Source: Octopus bimaculoides
Lineage: Eukaryota
Direction: 5' to 3'
NCBI RefSeq assembly: GCF_001194135.2
Contig: NC_068990.1
Location: 15,348,302 to 15,412,301, forward strand
DNA: 64,000 nt
Shown: piece by piece, positions 13,471 to 26,679 of the stretch
Numbering within the stretch: the first letter of the stretch is position 1
How the letters are laid out: each line of letters starts with the position of its first letter
The notes under the pieces: generated by a model
What the model was told of the DNA's origin: nothing
Seen by the model: only the letters and a program-made list of their open reading frames with translations
The model's database searches: none
Translations under genes and position numbers: made by a program

Positions 13471-13890
13471 CCCAAATAACCCAGCACCTTCAATTACATG
13501 GAGTTTATTCCTTTTGTTACCAAATTTCAGTCAAAATACACAATTTTTACTTCAATTAATTTTGAAAATAATGAATTTTGTAAAATAACTTGTCATCAAT
13601 TAAGCTGGTGTTTGGAACATAAGTTGACATGTAATTTTGGTAGAAAGTTTTAATTTAAACACTTTAAAGCAAGTATTTGTATCATAGAACCAAGTGCTGT
13701 CTCAGGCAGATTTGTATCAAGAGGATTAAACTACATGTGTTGTCCTGTCTTAGTTTGAATTGTTTCCTTAAACACATCTTTTTCTTTGATTCACCGTCAG
13801 CAAAGGACTGGAGAATTTTCACTGTCTCTTTTCCTTTTTGTTATATATTGCCAAAGAATTAATGTTGTATCATTCAAACAAAATTCTCAC

Positions 13891-13931
13891 AGACACGCCG
13901 CTGTTGAGATTTTTCTGAAGTTCAGCTTTAT
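13891..13931 (-). CDS. Putative exon (41 nt)
   Basis: Bounded by aagcag and |gtgaga. Two frames are open (IKLNFRKISTAAC or DKAELQKNLNSGVS); CpGs are retained. Confidence 0.25.
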
Positions 13932-14242
13932 CTGCTTTGAATAATACAATTTACAGAGTTAACACTTTACACCATGAGAAATTCTTTCTTTATGCAGTGG
14001 AACTACAACTTATATATGAAAGCAGACTATAATAATAAATACAGAAAACAGAAGAAGGGTGTGGTGCCAGTGTTCATAATTTCATACCAATAGTGTGAGC
14101 CACAGTTAAAGGCACTGAAACTGTAGTGACATGGTTGTGCTGAGCTGGAAATTATGTCCACCATTAATGATGGAACTGGGTTAGTAGTAGTAGCATGGAA
14201 CAATGTTTTGTGAGTGGATGTCGTAGACAGAAAGAAGCCTGT

Positions 14243-14300
<58 letters not shown>

Positions 14301-14889
14301 CTCTTTTACTCTTTTACTTGTTTCAGTCATTTGACTGTGGCCATGCTGGAGCACCACCTTTAGTCGAGCGAATCGACCCCAGGACTTATTCTTTGTAAGC
14401 CTAGTACTTATTCTATCGGTCANNNNNNNNNNNNNNNNNNNNNNNNNNNNNNNNNNNNNNNNNNNNNNNNNNNNNNNNNNNNNNNNNNNNNNNNNNNNNN
14501 NNNNNNNNNNNNNNNNNNNNNNNNNNNNNNNNNNNNNNNNNNNNNNNNNNNNNNNNNNNNNNNNNNNNNNNNNNNNNNNNNNNNNNNNNNNNNNNNNNNN
14601 NNNNNNNNNNNNNNNNNNNNNNNNNNNNNNNNNNNNNNNNNNNNNNNNNNNNNNNNNNNNNNNNNNNNNNNNNNNNNNNNNNNATACGACAGGCTTCTTT
14701 CAGTTTCTGTCTACCAAATCCACTCACAAGGCTTTGGTTGGCTCGAGGCTATAGTAGAAGACACTTGTCCAAGGTGCCATGCAGTGGGAATGAACGCGGA
14801 ACCATGTGATCGGTAAGCAAGCTACTTACCACACAGCCACTCCTGCGCCTATACACACACATATATATTTCAAAATGTAACCACATATG

Positions 14890-15075
14890 AATTGTTGGCA
14901 ATATTTTTTTTCCTCCATCTTCCTTTTCTGTTGGACTTTCCTCTGTCTCCTGTTTCTGAAGAGGAGCTTTGCTCGAAACATAAAACAACCTTTCTTTCCT
15001 TCCCTGAGCTTCTGCTAATACTTTACGTATACCATGTCCTCACACTGTTGTTTTTTTGTGTTTGTTCTTTGTTTC
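14890..15075 (+). mobile_element. Penelope-like terminal repeat fragment with minimal hammerhead motif
   Basis: gttt-CTGAAGA-g-gagc-ttt-gctc-GAAA-cat-a-aaac at 14952-14986. Confidence 0.5.
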
Positions 15076-17290
15076 TTTTGGATTTACTATATATGCATGT
15101 ATGTATGTGTGTATGTGCGTGTCTGTGTTTGTCCCCTACCATTGCTTGACAACCAGTGTTGGTGTGTTTATGCCCTTGTAACTTAGCAGTTCAACAAAAG
15201 ACACCAATAAAATAAGTACGAAGCTTGAAAAAAATAAGTACTGGGATTGATTCATTTGGCTAAAATTCATCAAGGCAATGACCCAGCATGGCCACAGTCT
15301 AATGAATAAAAAAATTAAAAGTCTAAAAAATAAAAGATAAAAAATACAATACAAATAGGATTTTTTTTTTATTTGTGTTGCTCTAGATATCATAAACAGA
15401 TCTCCTAATGTATGATAATTGTCTTCAGTTATAGTTCTTGCAGAGTCTGTTTATAGGGAGCAAGATATTCTAGGATAGCAGAATATAACAAAATTCCATG
15501 TTGTGGATTGTAATTTAATAAATGAATAAGCTAAACAATTTTGGAAGTGATGACATGTAAGGAAAGTTATACTTTTCATCACACAGCAATAAGACGCAGT
15601 CTTTTATCTATATAAACACAGTCTGTGTGTGTGTGTGNNNNNNNNNNCAGACACACAAAAACACACACACACACACACACACATATATACATATACAGTG
15701 GGCTTCTTTCAGTTTCCATCCATCAAATCCACTCTCATAGCTTTGGTCGGTCTGAGGCACTTGCCCACGGTGCCATGCAATGGGACTGAAGCTTCTTGCC
15801 ACACCTGCACCTATCTTACCCCACAGCCATGCCTGTGCCTACATATAAATATTTATACCCTGGTGTTGGATAAATAATTTAACGAAGCAAGGGGAACAAA
15901 GTATTTACACGATGCACTACTGTTACTGTTACATGAGATTAAATGGCCTCTGCTAACAGCTCACAGTGAACTGTTTACCCAGAACTTACTGATAGTTCTT
16001 TATTTGATAGCAATGTGTCAGTCGACTTTAAGTCACACGAGTGTGGTCAGAATCCCTTCACAACAATATATATATATTTACATACAAAACGTGCATATGT
16101 ATATATATCATCATCATCATCATCATCGTTTAACGTCTGCTTTCCATGCTAGCATGGGTTGGACGATTTGACTGAGGACTGGTGAAACCGGATGGCAACA
16201 CCAGGCTCCAGTCTGATTTGGCAGAGTTTCTACAGCTGGATGCCCTTCCTAACGCCAACCACTCAGAGAGTGTAGTGGGTGCTTTTACGTGTCACCCGCA
16301 CGAAAACGGCCACGCTCGAAATGGTGTCTTTTATGTGCCACCCGCACAAGCNNNNNNNNNNNNNNNNNNNNNNNNNNNNNNNNNNNNNNNNNNNNNNNNN
16401 NNNNNNNNNNNNNNNNNNNNNNNNNNNNNNNNNNNNNNNNNNNNNNNNNNNNNNNNNNNNNNNNNNNNNNNNNNNNNNNNNNNNNNNNNNNNNNNNNNNN
16501 NNNNNNNNNNNNNNNNNNNNNNNNNNNNNNNNNNNNNNNNNNNNNNNNNNNNNNNNNNNNNNNNNNNNNNNNNNNNNNNNNNNNNNNNNNNNNNNNNNNN
16601 NNNNNNNNNNNNNNNNNNNNNNNNNNNNNNNNNNNNNNNNNNNNNNNNNNNNNNNNNNNNNNNNNNNNNNNNNNNNNNNNNNNNNNNNNNNNNNNNNNNN
16701 NNNNNNNNNNNNNNNNNNNNNNNNNNNNNNNNNNNNNNNNNNNNNNNNNNNNNNNNNNNNNNNNNNNNNNNNNNNNNNNNNNNNNNNNNNNNNNNNNNNN
16801 NNNNNNNNNNNNNNNNNNNNNNNNNNNNNNNNNNNNNNNNNNNNNNNNNNNNNNNNNNNNNNNNNNNNNNNNNNNNNNNNNNNNNNNNNNNNNNNNNNNN
16901 NNNNNNNNNNNNNNNNNNNNNNNNNNNNNNNNNNNNNNNNNNNNNNNNNNNNNNNNNNNNNNNNNNNNNNNNNNNNNNNNNNNNNNNNNNNNNNNNNNNN
17001 NNNNNNNNNNNNNNNNNNNNNNNNNNNNNNNNNNNNNNNNNNNNNNNNNNNNNNNNNNNNNNNNNNNNNNNNNNNNNNNNNNNNNNNNNNNNNNNNNNNN
17101 NNNNNNNNNNNNNNNNNNNNNNNNNNNNNNNNNNNNNNNNNNNNNNNNNNNNNNNNNNNNNNNNNNNNNNNNNNNNNNNNNNNNNNNNNNNNNNNNNNNN
17201 NNNNNNNNNNNNNNNNNNNNNNNNNNNNNNNNNNNNNNNNNNNNNNNNNNNNNNNNNNNNNNNNNNNNNNNNNNNNNNNNNNNNNNNNNN

Positions 17291-17333
<43 letters not shown>

Positions 17334-17364
17334 GTATGTATATTTACAAATAAAGGTTACAAAC

Positions 17365-17409
17365 CTCATTCAGGGATAGCAAAATCCTATGAAAGTACTG
17401 GTTAGCTAC
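17365..17409 (-). CDS. Putative exon (VANQYFHRILLSLNE)
   Basis: Bounded by ttctttgtatag and |gtttgt; 45 nt; only frame 0 is open. Confidence 0.25.
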
Positions 17410-17890
17410 CTATACAAAGAATGTTGAACATTACAGTTAATACTCAACTGCAAAGTAACTATATAAACCGTGGTTTATATATATTTATATATACCGCCTG
17501 ACTGGGGGTATATATAATGAGTTAATGTGCTTATGAAACTTAGTGGATTGGCAAAAAAAAGATCGATAGACTACGTATCAGGCTGAAAGAAAATAATAAG
17601 TCCTGGGGTCAATTTGTATGACTAAAACCTTTGAAGGTTGTGCCCGAGTATGGTTACAGTGAAATGACTCAAACAAGTGAAATATAACATATATATATAT
17701 ATATATATTCCTAGACGTATATCATCATCATCATCATCATCGTTTAACGTCCGCTTTCTATGCTAGCATGGGTTGGACGATTTGTCTGGGGACTGGTGAA
17801 ACCGGATGGCTACGCCAGACTCCAATCTGATTTGGCAGAGTTTCTACAGCTGGATGCCCTTCCTAACACCAACCACTCAGAGACTGTATA

Positions 17891-17924
<34 letters not shown>

Positions 17925-18678
17925 NNNNNNNNNNNNNNNNNNNNNNNNNNNNNNNNNNNNNNNNNNNNNNNNNNNNNNNNNNNNNNNNNNNNNNNNNNNN
18001 NNNNNNNNNNNNNNNNNNNNNNNNNNNNNNNNNNNNNNNNNNNNNNNNNNNNNNNNNNNNNNNNNNNNNNNNNNNNNNNNNNNNNNNNNNNNNNNNNNNN
18101 NNNNNNNNNNNNNNNNNNNNNNNNNNNNNNNNNNNNNNNNNNNNNNNNNNNNNNNNNNNNNNNNNNNNNNNNNNNNNNNNNNNNNNNNNNNNNNNNNCCT
18201 CCCTCCCTTCCTTCCTCCCTCCCTCCCTTCCTTCCTTCCTTCCTTCCTTCCTTCCTTCCTTTCCCTTCCTGCAAATGCGAACATATGTATGTATGTATGT
18301 TTAAAGATCATATTTGTTATTTTTCTCACTGTCACCGATGCTATTCCTGTTGACAAAGTTTCAACATCTGTTTTTCTGTGCTAGAATAAATTGAGACTTG
18401 TTAGAGACTCAACCAGTTTAGTCCCACACCATTTCTTCTGTGAATCATTACATCCTGAGGACTGACATCCTCATTTCTTTCCCAGTTTTATTGAATGATT
18501 CATCATCTTCATCAGCATGATTGCTGCCACATCCACCATTGCAAAGCAATGTGAGATGAAGTGTTTTGCTCAAGAATGCAACACACCATTTGGTCTAGGA
18601 ATTGAAACCATGATCTTACCGTTGTTATTACAACTCCGTAACCACTAGGCCATATACCCTCACATACAAATACATATA

Positions 18679-19054
18679 GGCACAGGAGTGGCTGTGTGGT
18701 AAGTAGCTTGGTTACTAACCACATGGTTCTGGATTCAGTCCCACTGTGTGGCACCTTGGGCAAGTGTCTTCTGTTATAGCCTCGGGCCAACTAAAGCCTT
18801 GTGAGTGGATTTGGTAGATGGAAACTATATACATATATGTATATGTTTGTGTGTCTGTGTTTGTCCTCCCACCATCACTTGACAACTGATGTTGGTGTGT
18901 CTACATCCCTGTAACTTAGCGGTTTGGCAAAAGACACCGATAGAACAAGTACGAGGCTTACAAAGAATAAATTCTGGGGTCGATATGTTCGACTAAAGGC
19001 GGTGCTGCAGCATGGCCACAATCGAATGACTGAAACAAATAAAAGAGTAAAGAG
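18679..19054 (+). mobile_element. tRNA-headed SINE family A, full-length copy
   Basis: A box (tggctgtgtgg), B box (ggattcagtccc), central microsatellite and tail ...gactgaaacaaataaaagag. More than 20 full or partial copies occur in both orientations (e.g. 14290-14850, 28455-28780, 36980-37400, 44575-45400, 63855-64000). Confidence 0.85.
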
Positions 19055-19559
19055 TATACATTTATCATGGACATTTTTCAATCTGTCTACCAAATCCATT
19101 CTGAAAACTTTGGTCAGCCCAGGGCTACAGTTGACAGCACATGCCCAAGGTGCCATGCAGTTAGATTGAAGCTGCTTCTACTGATAATAACCAGCAATCT
19201 TTGTTCGTTCGTATCACATGCCCATAAGTATGCAGTATCTATTCTACATTCTTAAAGCTAATGCTTTTAATTCCCAGATGCTTTATTAATTCACTGTTTA
19301 TGCAGATTAGTAGATCATAGCATACCATATTTGACTCACTTCTCTCCAGTCTCTGCAGATGTTTTGCTATTAATGCTTATGTCTCTCTACTATGCGGTAT
19401 TATACTTCTTACATATGCTACATACAATCTGTTTTTTGCATCAGAAAAAAGAAACGTTTTGCTGTCAATATAGGTAATGGCTTCATGATCTTCTTCCAAA
19501 CTTTCTTAAGCCAGCTACTCTACTTTCACTACTGCAACACCCAGCTTTAATGAGATTAC

Positions 19560-19613
19560 CTGTACCACAAAAACCCGTCAACTATGTCAGTTTTATCAGT
19601 TTGAAATTTCAAA
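19560..19613 (-). CDS. Putative exon of an unidentified minus-strand gene
   Basis: Bounded by catgttttag and |gtaatc; 54 nt; only open frame is phase 2-2 (LKFQTDKTDIVDGFLWY), compatible with 23127-23234. Confidence 0.3.
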
Positions 19614-20061
19614 CTAAAACATGTAAAAGCTATAGAAATTTTTTAATATATTATGGAAAAAAATAAAAGGAAACTGAAATTTTAATTTCTTTCTTTATTT
19701 ACAGTTTAATCCAGGTCCTTAATAGACTTTTTCCCTGCTAACTCTTAAGAAGTAATGAGTGTACATTAAGAAATGAAACACTTCTTAAAGAGAAAAGAAG
19801 AATATACTTATACATTTATGTACATACACACAGGCGCAGGTATGCATGTACACACACATGCACACGGGCATACAGTCACGCGCTTGTTTATTTTCTTGAG
19901 ACAGTTCATGCTCTCATTCGGGATTTTTTTTCCCCATGTTCTAAGAGAACTTACCATTAAAAGGAAGCATGGAGAGACTTAACAGATGTTCTCGACAAGA
20001 AAGTCATATAAACAAATCTAAAGAACTATTTTTGGTGACATAACAGTGCTACTGCTGCTGG

Positions 20062-20092
<31 letters not shown>

Positions 20093-20105
20093 GATAATAA
20101 TAATG

Positions 20106-20149
<44 letters not shown>

Positions 20150-21716
20150 TTTCTACATTCAAACAAAGCTACAAATTTGTTATGGAAAAACAAATTCAAC
20201 TGAATTGACTCCTGTACATGTCTTGTACTGATTCCTTCTTCGGCAGAGTGATTGGAAGACAAAATTAATGGTAATGAGATTTCAACTCAAATTATAAGAG
20301 TTAAAATAACCACAGTAACAGCCAATAAGATGATGATATTATTACTACTACTGCTGCTGCTGCCACTGCCGCTGCTGCTGCCATCATCACAGTTTCAAAT
20401 TTTGGCACATGGCCAGCAAGATTGGGGGAAGAGTAAGTTGATTACATCAACAGCCAGTTCTCAACTGGTACCTATTTTATTGACCTTAAAAGGACGAAAG
20501 GCAAAGTCGACCTCAGTGAAGTTTGAACTCAGAACGCAAAAGCAGATGAAATGCCACTAAGCATTTTGCCCCATGTGCTAATGATTCTGCCAGATCACCA
20601 CCTTAATATTGATTTGAAATTTTGGCACAAGGCCAGCATTTTTGGGAGACGGGGTAAGTCGATTACATTGGCCACAATGTTCAACTGGTACTTATTTTGT
20701 CAACTCTGAAAGGATGAAAGGCAAAGTTGACCTCGGCGGAATTTGAACATAAAGACAGACAAAATGATGCTAAGCACTTTTCCCAGTGTACTAACGATTC
20801 TGCCAGATCACCGCCTTAATATGTCGTTAAATATTGCAAGACATGGGTATGTGGTTGAGAAGTTTGCTTTCCAACTGCTGGGTTTTAGGTTCAATTCCTC
20901 CATGTGGAACCTTAGGCTAGTGTCTTGTGGATGCTTGTTGTGTGTGTTTGTGTGTGTGTGTGTATTTGAGAGTGTGTGTAAGTGTGTTCATGTTTGTGTT
21001 TCCGTGTCTTGACATCACAGTTGCTGTAAATGAATGTCATTCCTTTCCAGTATTCTGCAAAGACATACCTGGCCATCGGGAAATATTATTTGTTTGGAAA
21101 CAAGTTGGGACACACAACAGGAAGGGCATCCTGTTGTAGAAATTCTACCTCAATAAACTTCGTCCAACCCATGCAAGTATGGACAAGTGGTTGTTAAAAC
21201 AATGATGAAGACAATAATGATGATAATGGTGATGTGGTGACAATGATGATGATGATGGTGCTTTCCCTAAGCCTGCCATCTACAACAATTGTAGGCATGT
21301 TTCAAACCTTTAAATTAACATGCAATGCATGTTATGTTTGCTTCATTAACATATTTGGAAAAAAAAAAAAAAAAAAAGATGAATAAATAAATTCTACTTC
21401 AGGCTTCAATGATTCTCATCCTTGAAGAAAGAACAGGGCATTCAACTGTAAATGATCTTTTCTATTAATTCATAGATATGTTTTATAGAAAACTGTTACA
21501 GAGATGTTTTAAAAGCTTAAATTTATCTTCTTAAAGAATTCCCATATTTTGTGATATCAATCTCATTCTTTCACATATTCTTATTATCTCTTCCTATATT
21601 CATAGAAATGTATGTATGTGTAAGTGTATGCAAGATATATATGTGTGTGTGGAGTGTGTGTGTGTTTGTGTGCATATATGTAGTAATGTGTTAATATACA
21701 TATACATTATATTAAT

Positions 21717-21749
<33 letters not shown>

Positions 21750-22399
21750 NNNNNNNNNNNNNNNNNNNNNNNNNNNNNNNNNNNNNNNNNNNNNNNNNNN
21801 NNNNNNNNNNNNNNNNNNNNNNNNNNNNNNNNNNNNNNNNNNNNNNNNNNNNNNNNNNNNNNNNNNNNNNNNNNNNNNNNNNNNNNNNNNNNNNNNNNNN
21901 NNNNNNNNNNNNNNNNNNNNNNNNNNNNNNNNNNNNNNNNNNNNNNNNNNNNNNNNNNNNNNNNNNNNNNNNNNNNNNNNNNNNNNNNNNNNNNNNNNNN
22001 NNNNNNNNNNNNNNNNNNNNNNNNNNNNNNNNNNNNNNNNNNNNNNNNNNNNNNNNNNNNNNNNNNNNNNNNNNNNNNNNNNNNNNNNNNNNNNNNNNNN
22101 NNNNNNNNNNNNNNNNNNNNNNNNNNNNNNNNNNNNNNNNNNNNNNNNNNNNNNNNNNNNNNNNNNNNNNNNNNNNNNNNNNNNNNNNNNNNNNNNNNNN
22201 NNNNNNNNNNNNNNNNNNNNNNNNNNNNNNNNNNNNNNNNNNNNNNNNNNNNNNNNNNNNNNNNNNNNNNNNNNNNNNNNNNNNNNNNNNNNNNNNNNNN
22301 NNNNNNNNNNNNNNNNNNNNNNNNNNNNNACATTAGAGAAAAGAGAAACACATTTTTGAAAATTATGTCATAGTTCTAAGAAAGTGCTGTAGATAGGAT

Positions 22400-22705
22400 A
22401 ATTTATACATTATTTACATTCGACGGATATTTGTCCTTATCTTGTTTGTTGTTAACACAACGTCTTGGCTGATATACCCTCCAGCCTTCACCAGGTGTCT
22501 TGGGAAAATTTTGAACCTGGGTTCTCATTCCTGAGGTATTTTTCAATGTTATTCTTCTTCTTCTTCTTATTATTATTATTACTATTATTATCATTATTAT
22601 TACTATTATTATTATCATTATTACTATTATTATTATTCAGGTCACTGCCTGGAATCGAACTCAGAATCTTGGGGTTAGTATGTTCTTGACCACTATGGCA
22701 TATGC
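22400..22705 (-). mobile_element. tRNA-headed SINE with Penelope-like tail (left arm of foldback)
   Basis: The reverse complement begins gcatatgccatagtggtcaag...gagttcgattccagg (A/B boxes), followed by a (TAA)n spacer and a degenerate hammerhead at 22454-22499. Confidence 0.75.
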
Positions 22706-22983
22706 CCAAGATTCTGAGTTCGATTTCAGTCAGTGACCTGAGTAATAATAACAGTAATAATAATAATAATAATAATAACAATAATGATAATAATACTAAT
22801 AACATTGAAAAATACCTTAGGAATGAGAGCTCAGGTTCAAAATTTCCTCAAGACACCTGATGAAGGCTGAAGGGTATATCAGGCGAAATATTGTGTTCAC
22901 AACAAACAAGATGAGGACAAATATCTGTCAAATGTAAATAATGTAAATAATGTACATAATTCCTCATCTCTTAAATATAGAAC
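22706..22983 (+). mobile_element. 5'-truncated copy of the same SINE (right arm of foldback)
   Basis: Starts at ccaagattctgagttcg; hammerhead core at 22852-22897; tail tgtaaataatgtaaataat. Confidence 0.75.
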
Positions 22984-23126
22984 AGAATAATTTATGACTA
23001 AAAGTTTTTTTAAAATAATTTAGTGAAATTTAGACTGATAGTATCCATGGCGTTTTGCAAGCCTTCTCAGATTGATGAAATGGAAATGGATGATGCTTGA
23101 CCTAAATGTTTGCAGGGGAATGTTAC

Positions 23127-23234
23127 CGGTAAACTGTCGGACGGAAGGAACTGAATGATCTCAAGACTGTCAATAGAAGGATTCTCATCTTAGGACTCTC
23201 AGTAACCAGGTAGTAATTAGACATAGTAGCAATA
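23127..23234 (-). CDS. Putative exon of an unidentified minus-strand gene
   Basis: Bounded by ttttacag and |gtaaca; 108 nt; only one open frame (MSNYYLVTESPKMRILLLTVLRSFSSFRPTVYR), phase 2-2. Confidence 0.3.
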
Positions 23235-23844
23235 CTGTAAAATCTCTACAAATAATAATAGCTGATATAATTCTTGGTTGATTGGTTGGTTTCTCCAGTC
23301 ATGTTTTACACTGTATATAGAGAAAGGAAGAGAGAGAGAGAGTTGATGGAAAAAGTGCAGGATGTATGCCCATAGTAGGCTTGGTGGTGGGCAATGAGTA
23401 AAGACTGGTTACCCCGCCGCACATATATGCTATTAGAGAGAAAGAATCATAGAGGGAGGAGAAGGAGAAGTTACTGACAGTAATAAATATTTTTTCCTTT
23501 TGAAAATTAGTATTTGTTTCATCATTTTGAATAAAGCACCCAAACATTTGGTAAAAGTCAAATTATAATCTGTGTATATATGTCATATTTCCTAATATTA
23601 CCCATGGTGGTAAAAAGCACACTTTCAAAGTCAGCTGTCGTATAACAGACAACACCCCAGTGTATGCATATTTTACTGACTCACAGTGCAGAACTTCAAC
23701 TCTTCCAATAGAATTTTTTTTCCCGCTTTTACAGAAGTTTAATTCTTCCAGCAGAACCTGTTTGGAAATAGAAAAATCGTTAAATTTTTACCCGCTTCTT
23801 TGTACGCCGTCAAAACAACAACAATAATAATAGTAATAATAATA

Positions 23845-23879
<35 letters not shown>

Positions 23880-24826
23880 AGTAAAAAGAAAGATAAAATG
23901 AACAACAAAGAATTGCATTTTTATAAATGTCTTTATTTGATAAACGAATATAAAAAGTAAAAATGTGGTTTTCAGTGTTGTGTTGGAAACTGAGTTAAAT
24001 GAATCAAAAATGAAATCAAAAGTTAGTTTGTAACTTATACATCATCACATTCAACTGGATGTAGATTGTGAGAAAAGTTGGAGTGACATTTAGTTTGAGA
24101 GGTGATATGGAAAGAAACCAGCTTAAATAATGCTAATGAAAAAATGTAGTTATATAGCTCTTTATGTTATTAGTGCTCTTCATGTCTCCAGTTAAATTTT
24201 TCTCAATGTATTAAGTTCTCTTTAATACATTACTGAATAAAAATCTGATTCATTTAATTATATCTGAGTTATATGATCGCCATGCGTCCTTATCAGCCAG
24301 CATTAACATTATTTTATTGTGTGTATTTTTAAATGTTTAATAAGCCTAAAAGGAATTAGAGGGCTCTTTGGGAATTTTTGCCTAGTTTCTCCATGGATAG
24401 TATTTTAAACTAAGAAAAATACAATGGAAAACCCCTGTTTTGCGATATCAAGATAAAAGTTTGTTAACAATAGAATACATTCATTTACTGTTATTCTACT
24501 GATTGTTTATTTGGAATTATAAATTGGTCAAAGGAAGGGTCCATCATATCAGCTTCAGTAATCAAGCGTTGCTAATTGGATCAATAAATTTGGTTAGTCT
24601 AAAGGCTTTTAGGGCTAAATTTTTTTTTCAGTAGTTTAATAGAGAAAATATATCATAATTATGTCATATTAGAAAACACACACACACAAAGAGAAATATT
24701 AATAATGAGGCCCATTTAATTATAGATGATTTAGCTTTGAACAGGTGGTTAATTGATTAAAAAATAATATCTGAAAGAGTATCAACTTTCAAAATCATAC
24801 ATGACAGTATTAATTTCTTTTAGTAT

Positions 24827-24872
<46 letters not shown>

Positions 24873-26144
24873 ACTTCTTTTACCTTTACTTTCTCTTACA
24901 CTATTTCTCTTTCTTCTATAAGCCACTACTTTCCCACTCTGATACTGAGTACCTCTGATTCTTTCTATCTTTTACCAACTATCTGTCTCTCATACATTCA
25001 CATTCACATATATATTCACAACCAATTTAATAATATATGTCTGTGTTTTGTTTTCATGTTCTTTATATATTTCAACTTGAAGTTAATTTGATTTCAATAA
25101 CTTCTGCATGTTTAATTGAAAAATTCTTCTATTTAAGAAATATAAATAATTTTCTGTATAATATTTTTTATCTTCATATTTTACTTCTAACACTTTCTCA
25201 TTTTTGTTTGATTAAATATCTATTTTATAATTTTTGGTATAGATTCAAAACATTTTACGTATCTATCTCACAGCATTAGAAGCAGTATATCTTTGTATGC
25301 TTCTTTATGGCTTATTAAATATTTTCCTTTGGATAAATCAAAATCTCAAACAGTGTTCTTCATAATGTTTCACTCCTATTGAATGCTATATATCATCTAA
25401 TTTATCATTTATTTGTTTCAGTTTGAGTTTTAATGTATGGTTAATGCCTCACTGAGTTGGTTAGTTGTTAGATAACCGTCTGCAAAGGGCAGCTGTGATG
25501 TTAACTTAAACTATGCTCCAGTAATTTTATCTTCACTGGAAAACGAACATTAAAGGAGGGGTAAAAATGAAACTAAAATAGACCAATGAATTATCTCTTG
25601 TGAAAGATTAGAAATGATTGGAGTTTAGTATATTATATTTTCAATTCTTATTGAAGTGTGGTCCTGCTCTGTTTGAATTGTATATCAAAAGGATGTGCAA
25701 TTTCATTAACATTATTAGTTTCTCTAGAGCAGGCTGGAAGCCAATTGTTTTAAAAGAGATGTGTAGACAATTGAATCGATTCCACCGTATAACAGCTACT
25801 TAATTTTTTTGACTATGGAGGGATGAAAAATAAAGTTGCTTCTTGTTGTATCTGAACTCACAATCATGAGGTATGGAACTAAATATACAAGGCAGTTTAC
25901 CAGTTTCCGTCTAGTAATTTCATAATGATCATGGACAGTGTGGATGTATAAACCATGTTCCGTGTTCATGAAAATAAGTGAGGTATGGAAGAACTATTAT
26001 TTCTTTGGCAATGAATAATTAAGGGTAATATCAATTAAGGGAATTGCCATATTTGTTACATAATTTATATAAATGATAGCCACAGGCATAGCTGTGTAGT
26101 TAAGAAGACTGATTCTCAGCCAGAAGGTTTTGGGGTCACATATA

Positions 26145-26216
<72 letters not shown>

Positions 26217-26679
26217 TAGGTGCTGGTGTGGTTGTGTGGTGAGAAGCTTACTTCCCGACCACATGGTTCTGGGTTCAGTCCCACTGCGTGACACCCTACT
26301 ATAGCCTTGGGATGACCAAAGCTTTGTGAGTGGATTTCTCTATAATTTCGTAGGTATACTGGTTTTAAATTTTAGCACAAAGCCATCAATTTAAGGGGAG
26401 GGGTAAGTCAATTACATTGACCCCATTGTTCAGCTGATATTTAGTTTATTGATCCCAAAAGGATGCAAAGCAAAGTCTACCTTGATGGAATTTGAACTCA
26501 GAATGTAAAGACATGAAATACCATTAAGCATTTCACCTGGTGTGTTAATGATTCTGCCAGCTTGCTGCCTAATTTGGAAGGTATATTAAATGCCATTAAT
26601 GGTAGTGGTGTACTGATATTTTCTTTCATTCATTCATTTCACATTCCTGGGAAGCATTGTCAATAAGGGAGTGGAACAG

